Source of the DNA: Legionella bononiensis
GTDB taxonomy: Bacteria > Pseudomonadota > Gammaproteobacteria > Legionellales > Legionellaceae
Length of the DNA: 32,000 nt
NCBI RefSeq assembly: GCF_016786415.1
Contig: NZ_JADWVN010000013.1
Reading direction: 5' to 3' (one strand)
The translations under genes and the position numbers were made by a program. The notes beneath the pieces were generated by a model. The model was not told the DNA's origin. It saw only the letters and a list, made by a program, of their open reading frames with translations, and did not search any database. Position 1 is the stretch's first letter. The number at the start of each line of letters is the position of its first letter. Positions 17,994 to 25,925 of this stretch are shown one piece after another.

Positions 17994-19421
17994 TCATGGG
18001 GTATTACTTTTCTTTAATTGACTGTAATATTCCAGGGCCTTAGAACGTGATTCGCTGTGATTAATGATGGGTTTGGGATAATTGATTCTACTATAAATTC
18101 CTGCTGCATTAGAGGATTCCCATGGCGCATGAATTATATCATTATTTAATGCAAGGAGCTCAGGGATCCAACGGCGTATATAAACACCATTGGGGTCAAA
18201 TTTTTGGCTTTGAAGCACTGGATTAAAAATACGAAAATAAGGTGCCGCATCAGCCCCACAACCTGCTACCCATTGCCAACTGGCACTATTATTTGCTAAA
18301 TCAGCATCAACTAAAGTATCTAAAAACCAATCAGCCCCCAATCGCCAATCAATGAATAAGCCTTTGGTGAGAAAGGAGGCGACTATCATTCTTACTCTAT
18401 TGTGCATGTATCCGGTGGCCCATAGCTCCCTCATGCCTGCATCGACGATTGGGTAGCCCGTCATTCCTTTCTGCCAGCATTTTAATAATGACTCATCATT
18501 ATGCCAAGGAAAGGCATCAAACTCTTTTTTAAAGTTATCATAGGGCAAGGAGGGTACATGGTAGAGTAAATAATATGAAAATTCGCGCCAGCCAAGTTCT
18601 GATAAAAAGTGTTCCGCTCCTGCTAAATCACAGTGTGGGTTGAGCTTGGCGTATTCAACGGCTCTTAAAATAGTCCATGGACTGATTTCGCCAAAGTGTA
18701 AATGCGGGGATAGATGTGACGTGGCTTGCTTTTCGGGAATATCCCTATTTATTTTATAACCATTAAGATGGTGCGTAATGAATTCGTGCAGCCGTCGTTG
18801 AGCCCCTTGTTCTCCCGGTGTCCAAAAATCAGGAAATTGTGATGCCCAATCGAGGCGTGGTAGAAGTCTCCACTCGTCAATTTCATCACTCCTTACATCA
18901 ACGGAACCAATAGTATGATTATGGGAAATTAATTGTTCTGGTTGAGGAGTAAGTGCTTGTCGACAGGTTTTCCAATAAGGAGTAAAGACTTTAAAAAAAT
19001 CACCGGTTTTATTACTTATGGTCCAGGGCTCATTCAATAAGCTTCCATTAAAACTAAAGACATCAATCCCATGTTCTTGAAATGTTGCTTTGATTTTTTT
19101 ATCACGCTCAATACTCTTTGGTTCATAGCATCGATTCCAATATATACTGTTAATACCTACAGTGTTGACCAGGTCTGAAATGATCTCTAATGGGGTTCCC
19201 TTGCGTAGAATAAGATTTATTCCATGCTGAGTGACCAGAGCATTATTTAACGTTTTAAGGCTGTGATGAAGCCACCAGGCTTGTGCTTCACCAAGGACAC
19301 TGCTTTTTTCATCTAAAATATAGATTGGAATCACTGTTTCGTTGTTTGTGCAGGCTTCAAAAAATGCAGGATTATCAGCCAATCGTAAATCCTGTCTAAA
19401 CCAAACTAGTGCGGTACTCAT
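17994..19421 (-). CDS. phr: Class I CPD deoxyribodipyrimidine photolyase
   Basis: 'LVWFRQDLRLADNPA', 'LSPHLHFGEIS', 'GWREFSYYLLYH', 'TGYPIVDAGMRELWATGYMHNRVRMIVASFL' and 'ASWQWVAG' are canonical photolyase motifs. Confidence 0.92.
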   Translation of the reverse strand: MSTALVWFRQDLRLADNPAFFEACTNNETVIPIYILDEKSSVLGEAQAWWLHHSLKTLNNALVTQHGINLILRKGTPLEIISDLVNTVGINSIYWNRCYEPKSIERDKKIKATFQEHGIDVFSFNGSLLNEPWTISNKTGDFFKVFTPYWKTCRQALTPQPEQLISHNHTIGSVDVRSDEIDEWRLLPRLDWASQFPDFWTPGEQGAQRRLHEFITHHLNGYKINRDIPEKQATSHLSPHLHFGEISPWTILRAVEYAKLNPHCDLAGAEHFLSELGWREFSYYLLYHVPSLPYDNFKKEFDAFPWHNDESLLKCWQKGMTGYPIVDAGMRELWATGYMHNRVRMIVASFLTKGLFIDWRLGADWFLDTLVDADLANNSASWQWVAGCGADAAPYFRIFNPVLQSQKFDPNGVYIRRWIPELLALNNDIIHAPWESSNAAGIYSRINYPKPIINHSESRSKALEYYSQLKKSNTP

Positions 19422-19428
19422 GTCATCC

Positions 19429-20856
19429 TTATTTACTTTGTTTTGTATAGTGATTTATTCTGTGCGTTGAAGCGAAAAAGCGAGCCCTAGCCTTTAATTC
19501 CTCCAATTGGACTTGAGCATGCAAGGTGTTAAGTTGTACTTGGGTGGTCATTTGTTCGCGTTGATTGACTAAAAATAAAGTACTGTCTCCTTGATGAAAC
19601 TTTTTTGATTCCCCTTGTTGCACCTTTTGCGCCAAACTTAATTCTTTTTTTAATAGGCTGACTTGTCGCCTACTTCTCTTTATGCCAATTAGCATATTGG
19701 AAAATTCATTGTTGAGTTGTTCGTACAAAAATCTCTTTTCAACTCGAACTTGGCGTAACTCGCTTTCTGCTTGAATGAGGTTTCCTTTAGCTTGTCTTTG
19801 CAACAATGGAAATTTAAACGATACACCAACCATTGCCGCTTGTGGAATCAGTAATGGGTAGCCTCCTGTTCCATTTTGTTTAAAGGTGTAGGCGGTAGCA
19901 TCTAATTGAGGTAGTAGCTCGTTACGTGCCTGATTTCGTTTGAGCTTCATCATATTGACATAATGGTTAAGCTTTTTAATCGCTGGATGTTCACTGAGTG
20001 ATGCCTGGGTTCCTGCGATGGTCTTTGAGGTACTGGTCAAGACCGGTAAAGACCGTGCATCAGGAATTAGCGGTTTACCTTTGGAGTCTCGAAAATAAAG
20101 AGATAAATTAACACCTGCTTGTTCAAATATCATTTCACCTTGATTGAGTAGTTGTTCTCGTTGAATGATTTGTTGTAAATTTTCACTGATGGCAAGCTTT
20201 GCCAAATCCCCTTGATTCGCCTGTTGTTCAATAGCGTGTTGACGTTTTTGCGCTAAGTGCAGGAATTGTTTAAATGTGTTTAATTGAAGGCCAGCTTCAA
20301 CCCATTGCCAATAGGCTTTAATCGCTTCTTGGTAAATTTTTAATTTAACCGCTTCAGTATCTTGCTTTTTCATGAGCATCAATTGAGCAGAGGACAGTAA
20401 TCCGGTTCGCTCTTTATCAATTAATCGGTCGCGGAGTAAGGGAAGAGATAATCCGGCTCTATATTCCCCACCGGAGTTTGTTAAATAGTTTTGATAGTAA
20501 ATTGGCCAGTTGCCTTCCCCATTGCGATAGCCTGCAAAAAGCTTCACGCCATTATAGAGCGTGGGGATGGTTAGTTGTGTATCGCCATAATTATTAATAT
20601 AACCCCCTGCAGGTTGCGAGCGAGTACTAGCCTCCAATGCAGGGTCAAATTGTCCTTTTGCATTAATCAACGCACCACTGGCTTTTGCTACTTCAAGACG
20701 TGCGATTTTTACCTGAGGATAATGAGAGTCGATACTTTGCAGTACCTGCATTAAACTTAATTCTGGTGTTTTTGGAGAGGCATAGGATGCTGAATACCCC
20801 AATAGGGCGCTTACTCCGATAGGTATAATGAATAGCCCTCGTAACACGCTTTTCAT
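19429..20856 (-). CDS. TolC-family outer membrane efflux protein
   Basis: 475 aa. Signal peptide 'LFIIPIGVSALLGYSASYA'. Two coiled-coil-rich halves typical of outer membrane factor proteins. ATGA overlap with the upstream HlyD gene. Confidence 0.85.
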   Translation of the reverse strand: MKSVLRGLFIIPIGVSALLGYSASYASPKTPELSLMQVLQSIDSHYPQVKIARLEVAKASGALINAKGQFDPALEASTRSQPAGGYINNYGDTQLTIPTLYNGVKLFAGYRNGEGNWPIYYQNYLTNSGGEYRAGLSLPLLRDRLIDKERTGLLSSAQLMLMKKQDTEAVKLKIYQEAIKAYWQWVEAGLQLNTFKQFLHLAQKRQHAIEQQANQGDLAKLAISENLQQIIQREQLLNQGEMIFEQAGVNLSLYFRDSKGKPLIPDARSLPVLTSTSKTIAGTQASLSEHPAIKKLNHYVNMMKLKRNQARNELLPQLDATAYTFKQNGTGGYPLLIPQAAMVGVSFKFPLLQRQAKGNLIQAESELRQVRVEKRFLYEQLNNEFSNMLIGIKRSRRQVSLLKKELSLAQKVQQGESKKFHQGDSTLFLVNQREQMTTQVQLNTLHAQVQLEELKARARFFASTHRINHYTKQSK

Positions 20857-21839
20857 GAGCTCGCCTTTTGTGCCAAGCTTTCAGGAGGAAAGCCGTTAAA
20901 CTGACGCCATAGCTCATACCACAAGGGTACCTCTCCTAATTGCACCCAGCCATGTACGCGTACTCCTTGCCTTAAAAATGTCGGATCCGGCCAGGGTTCA
21001 TCAGGGACAATCACGGCGCGAAATAACCCCATGCCATTATCTGTAGGATCGATAAAGGCTACTTTCCCACCAAAGGTACCTACAGCGATTTGTGGCCAAC
21101 CCCTAAATTGAATTGCAGGCCATCCTTCAAATTGAAGGCGTGCTTTTTGATTCAAATGAACGAATGGAATGTCATTGCCATCAATCCAAAGCGCTACAGC
21201 TCTTGATTCGGTTACAGGTATAATCTCCGCTAATATTTCTCCTTCTTTAACTACTACGCTTTGTTGTCCCGTTAGGCGTTTAAAAATCACTCCTGGAACA
21301 TGGGCTTTGATCAGTTGGGTTTGCTGTCTGGCAATGCGAACATCGATACTGATTTTATCAATATTGGCTTGGGCTAGTTCGTTTTGGTATTTGGCGTATT
21401 CAATTTGAGCTAATTCGTATTGACGTTTTGAGTTGATGCCTTGTTGGTATAAGTTCTTTTGGCGTTCCACATTGGCTTTTCCTGCAATTAATGATTGCTG
21501 TGCGGCTTCGATGCGAAGCAAAATGGCCTTTTGTTCCAGCTCCAATCGTTTGAGTAACTCTGGGTCATTGTCGGTAATCTCTACAATCGGGTCGCCCGCT
21601 TTAACCCGGACGCCTTCGTCAACGTACCATTTTTTAATTCTGCCATAAATAGGTGAATTAACGGTATGCAGTCGCTCAGTGGGTGAAAAAGCAATGACTT
21701 TGCCACTTCCAAGGGCAAATTGTTGCCAAGGGGTAAAGCTCAAAAATACAATTAAAATCAGGAGTACTAAAAAAATAATCTTAGCAATTTTGCGTGGATT
21801 GGGTAATTTGCCAATCATCTGATAGGCGTGTAGCTTCAT
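20853..21839 (-). CDS. HlyD-family periplasmic adaptor (membrane fusion protein), short coiled-coil
   Basis: N-terminal TM anchor, lipoyl-like 'GRIKKWYVDEGVRVKAGDPIVEI', a ~90-aa coiled coil and a beta-barrel C-terminus. ATGA overlaps on both sides. Confidence 0.85.
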   Translation of the reverse strand: MKLHAYQMIGKLPNPRKIAKIIFLVLLILIVFLSFTPWQQFALGSGKVIAFSPTERLHTVNSPIYGRIKKWYVDEGVRVKAGDPIVEITDNDPELLKRLELEQKAILLRIEAAQQSLIAGKANVERQKNLYQQGINSKRQYELAQIEYAKYQNELAQANIDKISIDVRIARQQTQLIKAHVPGVIFKRLTGQQSVVVKEGEILAEIIPVTESRAVALWIDGNDIPFVHLNQKARLQFEGWPAIQFRGWPQIAVGTFGGKVAFIDPTDNGMGLFRAVIVPDEPWPDPTFLRQGVRVHGWVQLGEVPLWYELWRQFNGFPPESLAQKASS

Positions 21840-23416
21840 GAGAGCACCAAGCGGTTAGATAGTGGAATAAGATTTGGGTATTGAGTGATTGTAATTAAAA
21901 GCGTCTTATTGAGCGTTGCTAAATGGAGAAGCAGTAACTCAATGTCTTTTGTGGACAGTCTATCAAAGATGCGATCAATTATAATAAGCTGCGGTTTTGC
22001 AAGTATCGCACGAATCACCATGAGTTGTATGAGCTCGAGCTCAGTGAACACTTGCTCCCAATCATAAATCATGCTTTTTAGACCATTAGGTTGGCTCATG
22101 ATTTTATCCATCAGCCCGAAAGATTTGAACAGCTCTTTTAATTGCTGTATGGAAAAGGCGGGTTGATTGAGGCGTAGATTGTCATAAATGCTGCCAGAAA
22201 ACCATTCTATATCTCTAAGTAACAGGGTGTGGTCACGAAGAGAACGCCTGTATTCTTCATTACACAGGGTCTCATTGATATATACTGTGAGGTCAGTACT
22301 GTTTTTAAAACCCAAAATAAAATCGGTACATGAATCTTGTTTTTGTGTTTCATTCACGCAAATAACCAAAGGAGTTTCTGGGGTGCTCGATGCTTTTTCT
22401 TGATTTTGAGTCACTAGCGTGATGTTTTTTATGGGAAGAATCAGTTCACTTAACTCTGTGTTGATGGATTCAGTTGGGAGATTTAATACCATGTCAATTT
22501 TGTGCTCTGAGGCAACTAAGTCGTAATAATTCTCCAAAAGAACACTAAAGCGTTTAAAAGCGTAGATTAACGCGCCAAGCACAATCTCTGCTGCAACCAG
22601 CTGACCTAAACTCAATTGGTTATTAATCACGAGATAGCCTCCCAAACCGAGTAAGAGACTACTGGCGATTGCCGAGAGGAGATAAAAACCAATCTGATGT
22701 TTAATGAGTTGTTTAAAATGCATATTGCGTGCTTTTAAAAATGAAATTAATCGCTTATCCGTTTGTTGGGTCGCATAGTGATGATAACGATTAAAGCGAA
22801 ATAAAAAACGATTGGTAAGCAATTCCTCTAGCCACGCGCCTATTTGATGCTTTTCAGTGCATTCTTTTTCAGCGCTTGCTAGTCCTTTACGATAAGGTAA
22901 AAATACAATCAAAATAATACTTAATATAATGAATCCATCAAATACGAGAAAGAGTGGATGATAAAAAAGAAGCAAGATTAAGCCAAAAAACAGTTGCAAA
23001 CTTAAATTCACTCCATAAAGTAAAAGACTTGCTAAAGCCTTGTTTACAGTGACCACTTCGAAAAAACGATTAACAAGCTCTGGCCCATGATGTGAAGAAA
23101 AATTATCTAATGATAAATGAGTAAATTGTCGAGTTAGGCTAAGACTTATTTTAACCATTAATTTCTGTTGAATGACTTCGATGATAATACTTTGCCATAT
23201 ATTTAAAGCTCCAAGCGCAATCATTAATACAAGGACCATGATACTTAGAGTTACCACCGGTTGAAGTAATTTACCAAAGGCAATCAGATTAACTAATGTT
23301 TGAGCTGCAATAGGAATACTTAAGGTAAGTAGACTCACAATTACGCTTATCATGACTATTGATGCAATGGTGGCTTTATCTAATACCTCAACAATCGAAT
23401 TCATTTCTTGTTTCAT
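21836..23416 (-). CDS. ABC-exporter-like protein: type-I exporter transmembrane domain fused to a degenerate (motif-less) nucleotide-binding domain
   Basis: aa 1-310 look like an ABC_membrane 6-TM domain. aa ~325-526 align colinearly with an NBD, but Walker A, Q-loop, LSGGQ, the Walker B glutamate and the H-loop are all substituted (see finding). GAGGA RBS. Confidence 0.8.
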   Translation of the reverse strand: MKQEMNSIVEVLDKATIASIVMISVIVSLLTLSIPIAAQTLVNLIAFGKLLQPVVTLSIMVLVLMIALGALNIWQSIIIEVIQQKLMVKISLSLTRQFTHLSLDNFSSHHGPELVNRFFEVVTVNKALASLLLYGVNLSLQLFFGLILLLFYHPLFLVFDGFIILSIILIVFLPYRKGLASAEKECTEKHQIGAWLEELLTNRFLFRFNRYHHYATQQTDKRLISFLKARNMHFKQLIKHQIGFYLLSAIASSLLLGLGGYLVINNQLSLGQLVAAEIVLGALIYAFKRFSVLLENYYDLVASEHKIDMVLNLPTESINTELSELILPIKNITLVTQNQEKASSTPETPLVICVNETQKQDSCTDFILGFKNSTDLTVYINETLCNEEYRRSLRDHTLLLRDIEWFSGSIYDNLRLNQPAFSIQQLKELFKSFGLMDKIMSQPNGLKSMIYDWEQVFTELELIQLMVIRAILAKPQLIIIDRIFDRLSTKDIELLLLHLATLNKTLLITITQYPNLIPLSNRLVLS

Positions 23417-23437
23417 CAGAGTCCTCGAATCCTTTAC

Positions 23438-24289
23438 TTAATGTTTTAATTTATCCATGATAAAAAACTCCAGAGAGTCAATTGCTTTATTCGCCACCTC
23501 CTTTTTAATTAACGACACATGGATGTCTTTTAAAGAGGGGAGGAAATAATCATCCAGTTTATCCAGATAATTAGGAATCATACTGCGTTGTATGGCTGTA
23601 ATTCCCAAGCCTGCTCGAACTGCAGCCATTTTACCCGCGTAACTTGGGCTACTAAATGCCAATCGCCATTTTAAGTGATGTTTATTGAGAGACTCGATAA
23701 CGTTGCCGCGATAAACGCAAGGAGTAGGGGAAAGAATCAGTGGAATGGTGGATTTTTCATTAAGAATGGGGAGCAATTCTTTTTTCCCCACCCATTCCAC
23801 GGGTTCATTCCATACATTAACTCCTTCAGTTATTTGCTTTTTTTCAGTGGTTTTTATCAGGATTAAATCAAATTCGTCTTGATGAAATCGCTCAATTAAA
23901 TTCAGGGTTAAATCACACTCTACATTGAGCATGATTCGGGGGTGAAGTCTTGAAAACTCAACCAAGACCTCGGAAAGCATCATGGAGGCAAAGTCTTCTG
24001 GCAAACCAAAACGAAGTTCGCCTTGAAGCTCTGGCGTTTTAAAACGGTCAAGGGATTCTCGATGCAGCTCATAAATTCGTTTAGCATAACCTAAAAAAAG
24101 CTCCCCATCTGGGGTTAAGGACAATTCTCGTCCACGAGTAATTAACTGTTTTTCAATCAAATTTTCAAGTTTAGCAATTTGCTGACTTATTGCTGATTGA
24201 GTTCGGCCCACTCGCGCGGCTGCTTTAGTGAAGCTTTGAGTTTCCGCCACCGCTAAAAAGCATTGTAAGGTTACTGTATCTAGTGACAT
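23438..24289 (-). CDS. LysR family transcriptional regulator
   Basis: N-terminal HTH 'LQCFLAVAETQSFTKAAARVGRTQSAISQQIAKLE' plus a substrate-binding domain of typical length. Divergent from dabB and 21 nt upstream of the ABC-like gene. Confidence 0.9.
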   Translation of the reverse strand: MSLDTVTLQCFLAVAETQSFTKAAARVGRTQSAISQQIAKLENLIEKQLITRGRELSLTPDGELFLGYAKRIYELHRESLDRFKTPELQGELRFGLPEDFASMMLSEVLVEFSRLHPRIMLNVECDLTLNLIERFHQDEFDLILIKTTEKKQITEGVNVWNEPVEWVGKKELLPILNEKSTIPLILSPTPCVYRGNVIESLNKHHLKWRLAFSSPSYAGKMAAVRAGLGITAIQRSMIPNYLDKLDDYFLPSLKDIHVSLIKKEVANKAIDSLEFFIMDKLKH

Positions 24290-24302
24290 TAGAATTCCTA
24301 AT
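24288..24302. promoter_or_regulatory. LysR-type T-N11-A box (ATTAG-N5-CTAAT) in the LysR/dabB divergent region
   Basis: Perfect 5-N5-5 inverted repeat 'attagaattcctaat'. The T-N11-A core is 24289-24301. It overlaps the LysR start codon (24287-24289). Confidence 0.45.
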
Positions 24303-24377
24303 AGAAAACATAATTATTTTTAATTTCACTTATATCAGCATATCTAATATATTTCCATTGTAGCAAAACAATTTCTA

Positions 24378-25907
24378 ATGGGGAATGATGTGAATACAAT
24401 AGTCCTGATTTTTTTATTTATGATGTTAGCCTGCCCGATTATAGCGCTTGTCTTTAACTGCTTTTTAATATCCAGACCAATTATAGCAGCGCGCTGTGCG
24501 GGATATTGTATCGGAATTGGGTTTTTGATGGGGGTAGGGCTACTTTCTTATTTATCTTTAGCACAAAATCCTACAGTGTACTTATTAATCAGTCTTAATA
24601 CCCTGAGCCTTTTATTATGCAGTTTAGTGTTACTGGTCAGTTTTGTTGTGCATCGATTTTCACTAAGGTACATGCAGGGAGATAGACTCTACAGACGGTT
24701 TTTTCTACTTTTGTCGCTACTGACATTAGCCGCGTTACTCATGGTTCTTGCTGATAATTTATTTTTATTTTGGGGGGCTTGGTCGTTCTCAAATGTATTC
24801 CTAGTACTCTTGATGGTGCATAAGAAAGAATGGATAGCCTCCAAAAACTCCGGGCTGTTGGCCTTTTATACGTTTGCATCGGGAAGTGCCTGCTTATTAG
24901 TAGCCTTTATTCTTTTAAGTTTAGGTTACTCAATGAACTCTATTGAGGTGTTGACAAAGCTATCCCACCCGGTCCACGGGTCATTACTTACTTTATCTAT
25001 GGGTCTTATCTTGGTTGCAGCATTAACTCAGTCTGGTATAGTCCCTTTTCATCGTTGGCTTATCAGTTCGTTGAACTCCCCAACCCCAGTCTCTGCTTTA
25101 ATGCACGCAGGTCTTGTTAACGGTGGAGGAATTCTCCTCGTTAAATTTGCACCACTGATGATGCTTTATCCAGGTTTGCTCACTGTACTGTTTCTAGTCG
25201 GTTCTATATCCGCCTTACTGGGTACTGTTTGGAAGTTGATGCAGCATGATATAAAAAAAATGTTAGCTTGCTCTACTATGGCGCAAATGGGTTTTATGAT
25301 GATGCAATGTGGTGTGGGTTTATTTGCTGCGGCCATCGCTCATCTTTGTTGGCATGGATTATTCAAAGCCTATCTCTTTTTAAGTTCAGGCTCTGCGGTG
25401 AAACAAAAAAAATCAATGGTTAATGCTTCGCAAACCACCCCAATGATGCTCATCATCTCTCTTGTTGGTGGCATGGTCGCGATGACTTCCTTTGCTTTTG
25501 CCACTAATAAGATGATTTCCTTGTATGAGGCCAGTGCCTTTGTCTTGTTCTTTGCCTTCATAGGTGGATCGCAACTCATGCTCACTTGGGTTCGTAGTCA
25601 CCAAAGCGCTTTTAGTTTGGTATCAGGGCTAGTACTCGCGTTGTTTTCTGGTTTGATGTATGGCGCAAGCATTCAACTGATTCAGTGGTTGATTCCGAAT
25701 ATATCGATACTACAGGCACCCCAATTATCGTTAATCCATTGGACCGTAATGATTTTATTTGGTGCCTTATGGGCAGTATTTAATCTTGGAATACATCAAA
25801 GAATCGGCCAATCAAAACTAGGCTTTTGGCTTTACATGACCTTATTTAATTCAAGCCAGCCTTCCAAAACAACGGTTACTGCTTTACGAAACGATTACAA
25901 CTACTAA
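24378..25907 (+). CDS. dabB: DabB/MpsA: NuoL/MrpA-like proton-conducting membrane subunit of a DAB inorganic-carbon pump
   Basis: 509 aa and polytopic. 'PFHRWLISSLNSPTPVSALMHAGLVNGGGILLVKF' matches the PF00361 (NADH-quinone oxidoreductase chain L/M/N) core. It lies directly upstream of a DUF2309 gene. GTG 24390 is an alternative start. Confidence 0.85.
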   Translation: MGNDVNTIVLIFLFMMLACPIIALVFNCFLISRPIIAARCAGYCIGIGFLMGVGLLSYLSLAQNPTVYLLISLNTLSLLLCSLVLLVSFVVHRFSLRYMQGDRLYRRFFLLLSLLTLAALLMVLADNLFLFWGAWSFSNVFLVLLMVHKKEWIASKNSGLLAFYTFASGSACLLVAFILLSLGYSMNSIEVLTKLSHPVHGSLLTLSMGLILVAALTQSGIVPFHRWLISSLNSPTPVSALMHAGLVNGGGILLVKFAPLMMLYPGLLTVLFLVGSISALLGTVWKLMQHDIKKMLACSTMAQMGFMMMQCGVGLFAAAIAHLCWHGLFKAYLFLSSGSAVKQKKSMVNASQTTPMMLIISLVGGMVAMTSFAFATNKMISLYEASAFVLFFAFIGGSQLMLTWVRSHQSAFSLVSGLVLALFSGLMYGASIQLIQWLIPNISILQAPQLSLIHWTVMILFGALWAVFNLGIHQRIGQSKLGFWLYMTLFNSSQPSKTTVTALRNDYNY

Positions 25908-25925
25908 ACGTATGAAGGGGTATTT

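Noticed and set aside
20693-23866. ORFs 20693-20917(-), 21169-21408(+), 21433-21648(+), 21885-22067(+), 22188-22403(+) and 23675-23866(+)
   Set aside because: They are antisense or alternative-frame ORFs inside the TolC, HlyD, ABC-like and LysR genes. Their Ser/Cys/Leu-rich translations are characteristic of the wrong frame.
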